Assembly: GCA_963784595.1 (NCBI GenBank)
Contig: CAWARX010000007.1
Location: 66,652-130,651, forward strand
Direction: 5' to 3'
DNA from: an uncultured Actinomycetes bacterium
Lineage (GTDB): Bacteria > Actinomycetota > Acidimicrobiia > IMCC26256 > DASPTH01
DNA: 64,000 nucleotides
Each line of letters begins with the position of its first letter. The first letter of the stretch is position 1. Below are positions 55,986 through 64,000 of the stretch, one piece after another. A program made the position numbers and the translations under genes. The notes beneath the pieces are model-generated. The model was not told where the DNA came from, did not search any database, and saw nothing but the letters and a program-made list of their open reading frames with translations.

Positions 55986-56948
55986 TTATCTGGCCAACGC
56001 CGCCCGCAGCGGGCCGAGGACCTCGTCGCCCAACCGTGCGACCTGGTCCCGGGCATGGGCGGGGCTCACGCCGGGGACGTGGACCCGGAGGTTCAGCGCG
56101 TCGGCGCCGGCTCGCCGGACCGAGTCGAGCAGGCCCGCGACCACGGAGTCCGGCGTGGGGGAGTCGACGAGCTCGTCGCCGCCCCAGTTGGCCTGGGCCG
56201 CGGCGGGGGAGTAGCTGCGGTAGACGTCGATCTGGTCGTCGAGACGGGCGCGCGGTGCCTCGCCGACCCACGCGCGCCTGATCAACACGCACGACGCGGT
56301 GCCCCCGGCGGCACGGTAGGCGTCGATGAGCTCCCGGCAGCGCTCCGGTGTGGAGAGGGAGTCGAACAGCAGGCCGGCCCCGAGCCGTGCCGCGCGCCGC
56401 ACCGCGGTGAACCCCATCGCCGCGCTCAGCACGGGGATCGGGTGCTCGACGCAGTCCTTGATCGCGGCGTCGTCCTCCAAACCGCGTGGCGCCGTGCCGT
56501 CCAGCATGCCGGAGAGCTCCTCGAAGGCGGCGGTGAAGCGCGCGGCGAGGTCGTCCATCGGCGCATGCATGACCTCGAAGTCGGCCGGGAGCGCACCCGA
56601 CGCGATCCCGATGCCGACCCGGCCCGGGAACCGTGCCGCCAGCCACGCGATCTCCTCGGCGACGAGCGCGGGTGGACGCAACGGCAACAGCAGCGGGCAG
56701 GGCGCCGCCCACCCCCGGGGCATCGCCTCGAGGCACCAGCCGGCGGCCTGCAGCGGGTTGGGCAGGTAGCCGTGGAACCCGCCGTGGTGCTCGCTCGTCA
56801 TCACCCCGTCGAAGCCGTGTTCCGTGGCGAGCGAAGCCTGGCGGCGCAACTCGTCGACGATGCCGGTGGCGGCCAGGTCGTTGTGCGGGTAGAGGCGGAG
56901 CGAGACGGAACCGGGCGCGAAGGGCTCGGTACCCGGTGAGCCGGTCAT
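55986..56948 (-). CDS. LLM-class flavin-dependent oxidoreductase
   Basis: This is the last 320 codons of ORF 55986..57308, from the ATG at 56948. It has HGFDGVMTSEHHGG and GRVGIGIASG. Confidence 0.75.
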   Translation of the reverse strand: MTGSPGTEPFAPGSVSLRLYPHNDLAATGIVDELRRQASLATEHGFDGVMTSEHHGGFHGYLPNPLQAAGWCLEAMPRGWAAPCPLLLPLRPPALVAEEIAWLAARFPGRVGIGIASGALPADFEVMHAPMDDLAARFTAAFEELSGMLDGTAPRGLEDDAAIKDCVEHPIPVLSAAMGFTAVRRAARLGAGLLFDSLSTPERCRELIDAYRAAGGTASCVLIRRAWVGEAPRARLDDQIDVYRSYSPAAAQANWGGDELVDSPTPDSVVAGLLDSVRRAGADALNLRVHVPGVSPAHARDQVARLGDEVLGPLRAALAR

Positions 56949-56950
56949 GG

Positions 56951-57403
56951 TCAGGTCCGGGTGTCTTCGAGCCAGTCGGGGAGGGCGATGGTCGGATTGG
57001 GGGCCTGCGTCGCTCCCTTCGCCTCGAGCAGCGCGCGCCATCCGTCTTCGTCGGCCGGGAACGAACGCGGATCGCCCATCATGACCTCGAAGAGCACGAC
57101 GCCGTGCTCGCCGGCGATGAACGGCCCGAAGGTCTCGCCCTGGTCGAGCGCGATGTGCGTGCCCGGTCCGCAGTGGACGTCGCCGCACGTCATGTCGCCC
57201 TCGAGCACGTAGACGACGTGATCGCTGTTGTGGCCGTGCGCGTGGATCATCATCCCCGCGTCCCACTCGGCGAGGAGCGAGAGGAACCGGGGCGAGAAGT
57301 CCAACCACTTCTCACGCACGGATGCGGTGCGGTCGCCGAAGTCGATCTTGCGGACCTCCTCCCAGGGGACGTCGTCGAGATGGCGAATGCGGGGACCGGG
57401 CAT
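56951..57403 (-). CDS. Cupin domain protein
   Basis: This is the last 150 codons of ORF 56951..57862, from the ATG at 57403. The His-rich cupin motif is MIHAHGHNSDHVVYVLEG. The stop lies 2 nt before the LLM start. Confidence 0.7.
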   Translation of the reverse strand: MPGPRIRHLDDVPWEEVRKIDFGDRTASVREKWLDFSPRFLSLLAEWDAGMMIHAHGHNSDHVVYVLEGDMTCGDVHCGPGTHIALDQGETFGPFIAGEHGVVLFEVMMGDPRSFPADEDGWRALLEAKGATQAPNPTIALPDWLEDTRT

Positions 57404-57423
57404 GGGTGCTCCTCGGGTCGCGA

Positions 57424-58188
57424 TCAGAGGTTCATGAAGTGACCACCGTCGACCGCGAGGGTCTGACCGGTCACGTAGTGCGCGTCGGGCCCGCAGAGGA
57501 AGGCCACGACCGGCCCGACGTCGGTCTCCGGATCGCCGATCTTGCCCATCGGGACCCGGCGCGAGAGACGCTCCTCCATCGCGGGGTCCTGCTCGACGGC
57601 ACGCACCATCGCGGGTGACATCGCGAGTGGAGAGACGACGTTGACGGTCATGCCGAGCGGGGCCCACTCGCGGGCCAGGCTCTTGGTGAAGCCCCGCAAC
57701 GCCCCCTTGACCGTGCCGTACAGCGGGAGTCCGTGGCTTCCTTCCATACCGGCCGGCGACGTCATCAGGATCAAGGTGCCCCGGCTCGCTCGCAGGGCCT
57801 CGAAGCCGGCACGGGCGCACAAGTACGCGCCGCGGAGCGACACCGACGCGTGCTCCTCCCACAACGAGACGTCGACGTCCTCGAGCCGGTGCGGCTCGCT
57901 CGAGCGGTTGCTGGTGGCGTTGTGCACGACGGCGTGGAGCGCGCCGGAGCGTTCGAGCGCGAGGTCGACGGCCGCCGCGATGGTCGTCTCGTCGGTGACG
58001 TCACAACGGGCCCACGCCGCCCGTCCGCCGCGGGCGTCGATCTCGCCCACGACGGCGCGCCCGTTCTCGTCGCGGGTGCCGACGACGACGTGGGCCCCCG
58101 AGGACGCGCACGCCAGCGCGACCCCGCGACCGACGCCGCCCCCGGAGCCGGTCACGATCACACTGCGACCGTCGAGCGCGCCGGTCAC
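57424..58188 (-). CDS. SDR, catalytic-type
   Basis: This is the last 254 codons of ORF 57424..58608. The GTG start overlaps the upstream stop (GTGA). It has VTGSGGGVGRG, HNAT and YGTVKGAL. Confidence 0.8.
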   Translation of the reverse strand: MTGALDGRSVIVTGSGGGVGRGVALACASSGAHVVVGTRDENGRAVVGEIDARGGRAAWARCDVTDETTIAAAVDLALERSGALHAVVHNATSNRSSEPHRLEDVDVSLWEEHASVSLRGAYLCARAGFEALRASRGTLILMTSPAGMEGSHGLPLYGTVKGALRGFTKSLAREWAPLGMTVNVVSPLAMSPAMVRAVEQDPAMEERLSRRVPMGKIGDPETDVGPVVAFLCGPDAHYVTGQTLAVDGGHFMNL

Positions 58189-58853
58189 GGCGCCATCACC
58201 GAGCCGCCGTCGACGATCACCGTGGCACCGGTGATGGCACCGGCGGTGGGCGAGAGGAGCAGCCCGATCGCGGCGGCGACGTCGAAGCGCAGGTCCGGGA
58301 GCCGGCCGACGACCGGAGGTGCGTTGAAGGTCGTGGCCGCGACGAGTGAGGGCGCGACGAGATCGGGTGGGACGAGTACCGCGTTGACCGTGATCCCCGC
58401 CGCGCCCCACTGGCGGGCCGCCGACTTCGCCAGGGCGCGGACGCCTTCGACCGCGGTCGATGCCGGGACGAAGCCGCCCGCGCCGGTGAAGCCCGAGGTC
58501 GGCGCGACGACGACCACGCGCCCGGTGCCGGCGGTGACGAACCTCGTGTGCGCGGCCTGCAACGTGAAGATCGCATCGCGGATGAGTGACTCGCCGCGTG
58601 CGTCCCACGCGTCCGGATCGGTTTCGACGAGCGGCTGCGCGACCAGCCCCGCATCGTCGACGCAGACGTGCACCACCGCGTCGATCGCGCCCGCGGCGGC
58701 GAACGCGCCCTCGGCGGCGTCACGATCGACGAACCGGGCCGGAGTGGTGGCGACCGAGGCACCGAGCCGGCCGAGCGCCTCGGCGACGTGGTGTGCGAGT
58801 GTCGTCGTCGTGTGGGTCACGAGCACCGCACGGCCGTCGAGCACGCGCGGCAT
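58185..58853 (-). CDS. SDR-fold protein lacking the cofactor and catalytic motifs (probable non-catalytic partner)
   Basis: This is the last 222 codons of ORF 58185..59339, from the ATG at 58853. Where TGxxxGxG is expected it reads VTHTTTTLAHHVA, and where YxxxK is expected it reads PASTAVEGV. The C-terminal ITGATVIVDGG is SDR-like. Confidence 0.65.
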   Translation of the reverse strand: MPRVLDGRAVLVTHTTTTLAHHVAEALGRLGASVATTPARFVDRDAAEGAFAAAGAIDAVVHVCVDDAGLVAQPLVETDPDAWDARGESLIRDAIFTLQAAHTRFVTAGTGRVVVVAPTSGFTGAGGFVPASTAVEGVRALAKSAARQWGAAGITVNAVLVPPDLVAPSLVAATTFNAPPVVGRLPDLRFDVAAAIGLLLSPTAGAITGATVIVDGGSVMAP

Positions 58854-58869
58854 GCTAGGCCATGGGCTC

Positions 58870-59733
58870 GTGACGTCGTTCGAGCTGGGAGTGCACGGGA
58901 AGACGGTCGTGGTCGCCGGGGCCGGCGGCGGCGGTATCGGCACCGCGGTGTGCGCCATGCTCGTCGCGAGCGGCGCGACCGTCCTCGGGTTCGACGTCGA
59001 CCGTGACGCGGTGTCGATCACCGAACGTGCCGTTGCCGACGATGCGGCTCGGTTCGTCCCTGAGCTCGTCGACGTGACCGACGCGTCGTCGGTGGACGCT
59101 GCGCTCGAAGCCGTCGACGAGCTCCCGCCGCTGCTCGGGCTCGTGCACGTCGTCGGCGGGATGCCGTTCGCCGACTGGTCGTCGGTGACCGGGATGCCGC
59201 CGGCGGTGTTCGCCGCGGTCGTCGATCTGAACCTCCAGTCCGCGTTCGTGACGACACAGGCCGTCGCCCGGCGTCTCGTCGACCAGGGGAGCGGCGGGAG
59301 CATCGTGCTCGTGTCGTCGATCAGTGGCCTTTCGGCCATGCCCTTCGGCGCGCCCTACGCCGCGGCCAAGGCCGGCGTCCTCGCGTTCATGCGCACCGCG
59401 GCCCTGGAGCTCGGCCCCCGAGGTGTGCGCGTGAACGCGGTGGCGCCGGGCACCATCCGCACCGCGCACAGCGAGCGCGGCACGCCGACCGTCGACTCAC
59501 CCGAGGAGCAGCTGGCCATCCCGCTGCGACGCCGGGGCACGCCCGCCGACATCGCGGGCGCGGTGCTCTATCTCCTCTCCGACCTCGCCGCGTTCGTGAC
59601 CGGGCACACCCTCGTCGCCGACGGAGGCTCCTCGGTCCGGCCCTCGTTCCTCGACGCCGACGACATCCCGGTCTTCGTGCGCGATGCAGATCTCCGGGCG
59701 CAGCTGCTACAACCGCGTGACACAGATCAGTGA
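58870..59733 (+). CDS. Short-chain dehydrogenase/reductase (SDR)
   Basis: This is the tail of ORF 57733..59733. It has VAGAGGGGIGTAV, YAAAKAGV and VTGHTLVADGG. The start is either the GTG at 58870 or the ATG at 58852; the ATG would overlap the divergent start codon at 58853. Confidence 0.8.
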   Translation: MTSFELGVHGKTVVVAGAGGGGIGTAVCAMLVASGATVLGFDVDRDAVSITERAVADDAARFVPELVDVTDASSVDAALEAVDELPPLLGLVHVVGGMPFADWSSVTGMPPAVFAAVVDLNLQSAFVTTQAVARRLVDQGSGGSIVLVSSISGLSAMPFGAPYAAAKAGVLAFMRTAALELGPRGVRVNAVAPGTIRTAHSERGTPTVDSPEEQLAIPLRRRGTPADIAGAVLYLLSDLAAFVTGHTLVADGGSSVRPSFLDADDIPVFVRDADLRAQLLQPRDTDQ

Positions 59734-59749
59734 CCAGGGGGAGAAGTCC

Positions 59750-60298
59750 ATGGCGCCCGTGATCGATCAGGCCGTCACCTGGAGGAAGGTCGAGGAGCGC
59801 CTCGCGGCGGAGACCGACCCGATCCTCCGCCGCAACCTGCAGACCATCCTCGATCACATGAAGGCGGAGTCCGCCGGCGACCTCGACGGCCTGCTCGCGA
59901 CGCTCGCCGACGACGTCCACTACCACGCCTACGGCGCGCCCGATCCGCTCAGCAGCCCGCAGGGCAAGGACGGCGTGCGCGCGTTCTACGAACGGTTCAT
60001 AGCGTCGGGTGCGGGCCGCCTGCAACTCGACGTCGACCGGCTGGTCGTCGACCGTGAGTGCGTGCTCACCGAGGGCGTGATGCGTATGGCCTATCCGGGC
60101 CGCACCCTGGCGGCGATGGGGATCGCGGTCGACGATCCCGACGCGCACTACCTCTATGAGGCGCGCATGGCCACGCTCTGGCCGCTCGATGCCGAGGGCA
60201 AGGTGCTGGGCGAGGACACCTACACCGGCAGCGACGGCTTCGCCGGCATCGCACAACGCAAGCTCGACGAAGCCGACATCGTCGAATACCGGTTCTGA
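59750..60298 (+). CDS. SnoaL/NTF2-like family protein
   Basis: Read from the ATG at 59750, preceded by gggggagaag, in ORF 59684..60298, 182 aa. The fold call rests on size and pattern only. Confidence 0.55.
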   Translation: MAPVIDQAVTWRKVEERLAAETDPILRRNLQTILDHMKAESAGDLDGLLATLADDVHYHAYGAPDPLSSPQGKDGVRAFYERFIASGAGRLQLDVDRLVVDRECVLTEGVMRMAYPGRTLAAMGIAVDDPDAHYLYEARMATLWPLDAEGKVLGEDTYTGSDGFAGIAQRKLDEADIVEYRF

Positions 60299-60313
60299 CG
60301 CCCAACCGAGCAG

Positions 60314-60358
60314 ACCGGCGTCAGGAGGAGCTGCTTCTCGCGGCGAGACGACGCCGGT
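60314..60358. terminator. Hairpin between convergent genes (candidate bidirectional terminator)
   Basis: A 9-bp stem, accggcgtc (60314-60322) / gacgccggt (60350-60358), has an inner ctcgc-g-gcgag stem. It lies between the stops at 60298 (+) and 60377 (-). Confidence 0.35.
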
Positions 60359-60376
60359 TCACGGGGATGGTGGGGG

Positions 60377-61249
60377 CTACTCGGTGACGAAGTCGATGAG
60401 CTGCTCGACCGCGGCGACGAAGAGCTGTTCGAGCTGCTTCCAGTCGTCGACCGACGCGAGGATGCGCCGCCACAGGGCGCCCGGATGGTCGACGCCCAGC
60501 GCCGCGCAGACGCCGGACTTCCAGTCGGTGCCCTTGGGGACGACGGGCCACGCCGCGATCCCGACCGCCGAGGGGCGCACGGCCTGCCACACGTCGACGT
60601 AGGGCGTCCCGGTCACGAGCACGTTCGGATCGGTGACCTCGGCGGCGAGGCGCGCCTCCTTGCTGCCGGGCACCAGGTGGTCGAGCAGGATGCCGAGGCG
60701 GCGGTCGCGGGCGGGCCCGAAGGTTCGGACCTCGTGGGCGAGATGGTCGGCGCCGTCGAGACGCTCCACCACGATGCCCTCGACCCGCAGGTCGTCACCC
60801 CACACCCGTTCGACCAACTCGGCGTCGTGGACCCCCTCGACCCATATCCGGCTGGCTCGTGCCACGCGCGCCTTCGCGCCGACGACCGACCGGCTTCCCG
60901 ACGCCGTTCTCGCGTCGCCGACCCGGATGCCGGTATCGGGGACGCCCGTGGCCACCGGCACGAGGTGCGTCGGCGTGCCGTCGACCGCGAACGTGCCGGG
61001 CAGGTTGCGGAAGCGCCGTTCGAGGCCGGTGTGGCCGCGGAGCACCACCTCGTCGCCGTTGAGCGCGACGAGCGCGCCCGTGAACCCCGACGCCCGGTGC
61101 AACACGCGCAGGCCCGGCTCGACCTGACGGTGCGGATACTGCGCTGCGGTACGGGCCGGCCCGTCGATCGGGCCGGCCAGGATTCCGTCGCCGGTCAAGC
61201 TGGGAACCGCCGGGTTCCGTGGATCAGGCGCCGGTGAGCACGCGCTCAC
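60377..61249 (-). CDS. DUF3097-like conserved actinobacterial protein
   Basis: 290-aa ORF. The segment IWVEGVHDAELVERVWGDDLRVEGIVVERLDGADHL ... LGILLDHLVPGSKE matches my memory of DUF3097. The GTG at 61249 overlaps the P450 3' end by 26 nt, and an alternative TTG lies at 61198. Confidence 0.65.
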   Translation of the reverse strand: MSACSPAPDPRNPAVPSLTGDGILAGPIDGPARTAAQYPHRQVEPGLRVLHRASGFTGALVALNGDEVVLRGHTGLERRFRNLPGTFAVDGTPTHLVPVATGVPDTGIRVGDARTASGSRSVVGAKARVARASRIWVEGVHDAELVERVWGDDLRVEGIVVERLDGADHLAHEVRTFGPARDRRLGILLDHLVPGSKEARLAAEVTDPNVLVTGTPYVDVWQAVRPSAVGIAAWPVVPKGTDWKSGVCAALGVDHPGALWRRILASVDDWKQLEQLFVAAVEQLIDFVTE

Positions 61250-62483
61250 CCGGCGTCCACTTCACCGGCATGTGCTTGATGCCACCGATGAAGTTCGACA
61301 GCAGCCGCTGGGGCTCGCCGGCGAGCTGCATGTCGGGCATACGGGTCACGAGCTCGGTCAGGATGAGCTTGAGCTCCATGCGCGCCAGGTTGGCGCCGAG
61401 GCAGAAGTGCGACCCACCGCCTCCGAACGCGACGTGCGGGTTCGGGTTGCGGGTGATGTCGAAGACGAACGGGTCGTCCCACACTTCTTCGTCGCGGTTG
61501 GCCGAGACGTGCCAGATGACGACGCGGTCGCCGGCCTTGATCTGCTGCCCGCGGATCTCGGTGTCGATGGTGGCGGTGCGGCGGAAGTGGAGCACCGGCG
61601 ACGCCCACCGCAGCACCTCCTCGACCGCGTCGTCCATGAGCGCGTCGGGATCGCTCTTGAGCAGCTCGAACTGCGCCGGGTTGGTCAGGAGCGCGTACAT
61701 GCCGTGCGCGGTCGCGTTGCGGGTGGTCTCGTTCCCTGCGACCGCGAGCAGCATCATGAACATGTCGAACTCGAGCTCGCTCAGCTGCTCGCCTTCGATC
61801 TCTGCGTTGAGGAGCTTGGTGACGATGTCGTCGTGCGGGTCGTTGCGACGCTCCCCGGCGAGGCCGTTCACGTAGGTGAAGAGCTCGACGAACGCGTCAC
61901 CGGTGTCGTTGGCCATGTACTCGGGGTCGCCCGCGCCGACCATGCGGTTCGACCACTCGAACAGCTTCCGGCGGTCTTCCTGCGGGACCCCCATGATCTC
62001 GGCGATGGCCTGGAGCGGCAGTTCGGCGGCGATGTCCTCGACGAAGTCGGCCGAACCCTTCTCGATCACGTTGTCGACGATCATCGCGGCGCGGTGTCGC
62101 AGGGCCTGCTCGATGAGGCCGATCATCCGGGGCGTGAAGCCCTTGTTGACGAGGAGCCGGTAGCGGGTGTGCTTGGGCGGGTCCATGTCGAGCATGAGCA
62201 CGCCGCGCGTGTCCATGAGCGCATCGGGATCCTCGCCCACGGGGAACTGTCCCGACATGATCATGGTGCCGCCGATCTCCGACGAGAAGGTCGCGGTGTC
62301 GCGGTTGACCTCGATGAGGTCGGCGTGCTTGACCACGTTCCAGTAGCCGCCGCCCTTGAGGTCGTCCTCCTGCCAGTAGAGGGGACTCTCGGCCCGGAGC
62401 TTCGTGAACATCTCGTGGTGCTCACCCCGCACGAAGCGCTCGGGGTCGTTGAGGTCGATGCCCTCGATTGCCGTCCGGTCCAT
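61224..62483 (-). CDS. Cytochrome P450, CYP125-like (steroid/lipid terminal hydroxylase type)
   Basis: Intact 419-aa ORF with the heme loop FGGGGSHFCLGANLARMEL, EXXR (EEVLRW), AGNETT, and a C-terminal IGGIKHMPVKW that resembles CYP125-type enzymes. Confidence 0.85.
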   Translation of the reverse strand: MDRTAIEGIDLNDPERFVRGEHHEMFTKLRAESPLYWQEDDLKGGGYWNVVKHADLIEVNRDTATFSSEIGGTMIMSGQFPVGEDPDALMDTRGVLMLDMDPPKHTRYRLLVNKGFTPRMIGLIEQALRHRAAMIVDNVIEKGSADFVEDIAAELPLQAIAEIMGVPQEDRRKLFEWSNRMVGAGDPEYMANDTGDAFVELFTYVNGLAGERRNDPHDDIVTKLLNAEIEGEQLSELEFDMFMMLLAVAGNETTRNATAHGMYALLTNPAQFELLKSDPDALMDDAVEEVLRWASPVLHFRRTATIDTEIRGQQIKAGDRVVIWHVSANRDEEVWDDPFVFDITRNPNPHVAFGGGGSHFCLGANLARMELKLILTELVTRMPDMQLAGEPQRLLSNFIGGIKHMPVKWTPGERVLTGA

Positions 62484-62701
62484 GGGTCCTCCTCCGGGCC
62501 CGGCCGCGGCTGCGACCGGTGCTCGGGAACAGATTATTTGACCGGATGAACCTTTCCGGACCGGGCCACGCGCGGCCCGTCGGCCGAGGGGCGATTTTGG
62601 GGCCGCTGGTACTCTGCGGGCTCGCCACGGGTGCGGGCCGCGCCGGGGGCGTGGATCACCGGCCGAGCGAGGTCGGGGCCAGCAGAGATCGGGGAGGTGT
62701 C

Positions 62702-64000
62702 GTGAGCCGGGAATCTCGGCGACGCGCGCCCGATCCCGAACGCGCGCTCCGACGGCACGGGTACCGCCTCATCCGGACGTCGCTGCGCCCGCTCCGGGGC
62801 TGGCTGACCGTCGGGGTCGGCTCGGCGCTCACCTGGACGTTGGCCAAGCTGGCCGTTCCCCTGCTCGCCGCCGCCGCCATCGACCAGGGGATCGTCCCCG
62901 GCGACACCGGCAACATCATCCTGTTCTCGTCCATCATCGCGGTGCTGGGTGTGGTGCAGGGGGTCGGGATGGGTGTTCGCCGGTACAGCGCGTGGCGCAT
63001 CGCGTTCCGGGTCGAGACCGACCTGCGTGACCGTCTGTTCGCACATTTGCAGAGTCTCCACTTCGCGTTCCACGACGAAGCGCAGACCGGGCAGCTGATG
63101 TCCCGCGCGAACACCGACATCCTGCAGGTCAACCAGATGTTGACCTACGTCCCCATCACCATCTCCAGCGTCGCGGTGCTCACGGGGGTGATCGTGGTGA
63201 TGGTGGCGGCGAACCCGATCCTCGCGCTGCTCGCGCTGGGCGCGCTGCCGTTCCTCAACGTGCTCGCGACGCGCTTCGTGGCCCGGGCGTCACCGATCGG
63301 CCTCGAGCAGCAGATCAAGCTCGGCGACGTCTCGAGCGTGATCGAGGAGAGCGTCTCGGGGATCCGGGCGGTCAAGGGCTTCGGTGCCGAGGACCTGCAG
63401 TCCGGGCGGCTCCGGCACGAAGTGGACGCCGTGCGCCACCAGGCGCTCGACCTGGCGCGCCTGCGTGCCGGCTTCCTCCCCGCCCTCGACTTCCTCCCGG
63501 CGCTCTCGCTGGCTGCCATCCTCTGGTACGGCGGTCATCAGGTGCTCGAGGGGAACCTGGAGATCGGTCAGATCGTCGCGTTCAACACCTACATCCTGAT
63601 GCTCATCGTGCCGCTGCGGATGGCGGGGACGTTGCTCGCGCTCGTCGCGCGCGCGTCGGCGTCGGGGGGCCGCATCTACGAGGTCTTGCAGACCGACGCC
63701 GAGATCACCGATCCGCCCGTCGGTCGTCCGCTTCCCGATGCGGGTGGTGGCGAACTGCGGTTCGAGGGCGTGCGCTTCTCCTACGGGGACGGTCCTCCCG
63801 TGCTCGACGGCATCGACCTCGTGCTGCGGCCCGGCGAGGCGGTGGCGATCGTGGGTCCGACCGCGAGCGGCAAGACCACGGTGGCGCGCCTCATTCCCCG
63901 GTTCTACGACGTCGACGACGGGCGGGTGCTGCTCGACGGCGTCGACGTACGCGAGGTGCGCGTGCGCGATCTCCGGCGCGCCGTCGGCATCGTGTTCGAG
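62702..64000 (+). CDS. ABC exporter, fused transmembrane/ATP-binding (MsbA/type I exporter-like), truncated by the window end
   Basis: My own translation starts at the GTG at 62702, after ggggagg, and is open to 64000. The TMD has DEAQTGQLMSRANTDILQV, followed by the start of the NBD with Walker A GPTASGKTT. Confidence 0.85.
   Translation, partial: MSRESRRRAPDPERALRRHGYRLIRTSLRPLRGWLTVGVGSALTWTLAKLAVPLLAAAAIDQGIVPGDTGNIILFSSIIAVLGVVQGVGMGVRRYSAWRIAFRVETDLRDRLFAHLQSLHFAFHDEAQTGQLMSRANTDILQVNQMLTYVPITISSVAVLTGVIVVMVAANPILALLALGALPFLNVLATRFVARASPIGLEQQIKLGDVSSVIEESVSGIRAVKGFGAEDLQSGRLRHEVDAVRHQALDLARLRAGFLPALDFLPALSLAAILWYGGHQVLEGNLEIGQIVAFNTYILMLIVPLRMAGTLLALVARASASGGRIYEVLQTDAEITDPPVGRPLPDAGGGELRFEGVRFSYGDGPPVLDGIDLVLRPGEAVAIVGPTASGKTTVARLIPRFYDVDDGRVLLDGVDVREVRVRDLRRAVGIVFE

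Noticed and set aside
62484-62701. KstR/KstR2-type operators (TnnAACnnGTTnnA / AnCAAGnnCTTGnT) upstream of the CYP125-like P450.
   Set aside because: I found no match. Only a weak 5-bp inverted repeat (ccgga-N8-tccgg) is present, and it is not distinctive.
1-64000. Mobile elements, prophage, genomic-island borders, and rRNA/tRNA genes.
   Set aside because: I recognised no transposase, integrase, recombinase, phage structural gene or tRNA-like sequence. Apart from short intergenic regions, no compositionally deviant segment stands out. The SBP gene only looks AT-richer because it is Lys/Asn-rich, and its GC3 is normal.

Overview
This is a very GC-rich, actinobacterial-type chromosomal segment; real genes have G/C at almost every third codon position. 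I can support about 60 protein-coding genes and found no rRNA, tRNA, CRISPR array, transposase or integrase by eye.

The content is mostly lipid/hydrophobic-substrate catabolism and redox enzymes:
- 2 acyl-CoA synthetases
- a DUF35 + thiolase-like pair
- 3 tandem acyl-CoA dehydrogenases
- 2 enoyl-CoA hydratases
- 7 SDRs and 2 MDR dehydrogenases
- 4 LLM/F420-type oxidoreductases
- 4 amidohydrolase-2 proteins
- 2 cytochrome P450s, one of them CYP125-like
- a Baeyer-Villiger monooxygenase
- a copper amine oxidase

Also present are transport genes (a Liv-type ABC system, an MMPL/RND exporter and an ABC exporter truncated by the window end) and housekeeping genes (dinB, add, ogt, Zn-finger thioredoxin, Ppm1-like GT2, DUF3097). 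Only one transcription factor, a TetR, is visible.

The most conspicuous sequence-level property is that 10 genes need one or more reading-frame changes, about 16 in total, to give a full-length protein. This points to either assembly indel errors or real pseudogenisation.

Other points worth a second look:
- a perfect GAAC-N4-GTTC SOS box on the dinB start
- a thiolase-fold protein with Ser at the expected nucleophile position, coupled to a DUF35 protein
- a catalytic/non-catalytic SDR pair
- a 12-bp tandem repeat inside a NIPSNAP-like gene next to an NYN/LOTUS gene
- a ~530-bp structured non-coding gap
- a small Pro-rich ORF plus Cys-rich membrane protein cassette

I did not find a clearly recognisable novel multi-gene system such as a defence island. 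Function calls rest on motif and family recognition by eye, not on database searches.
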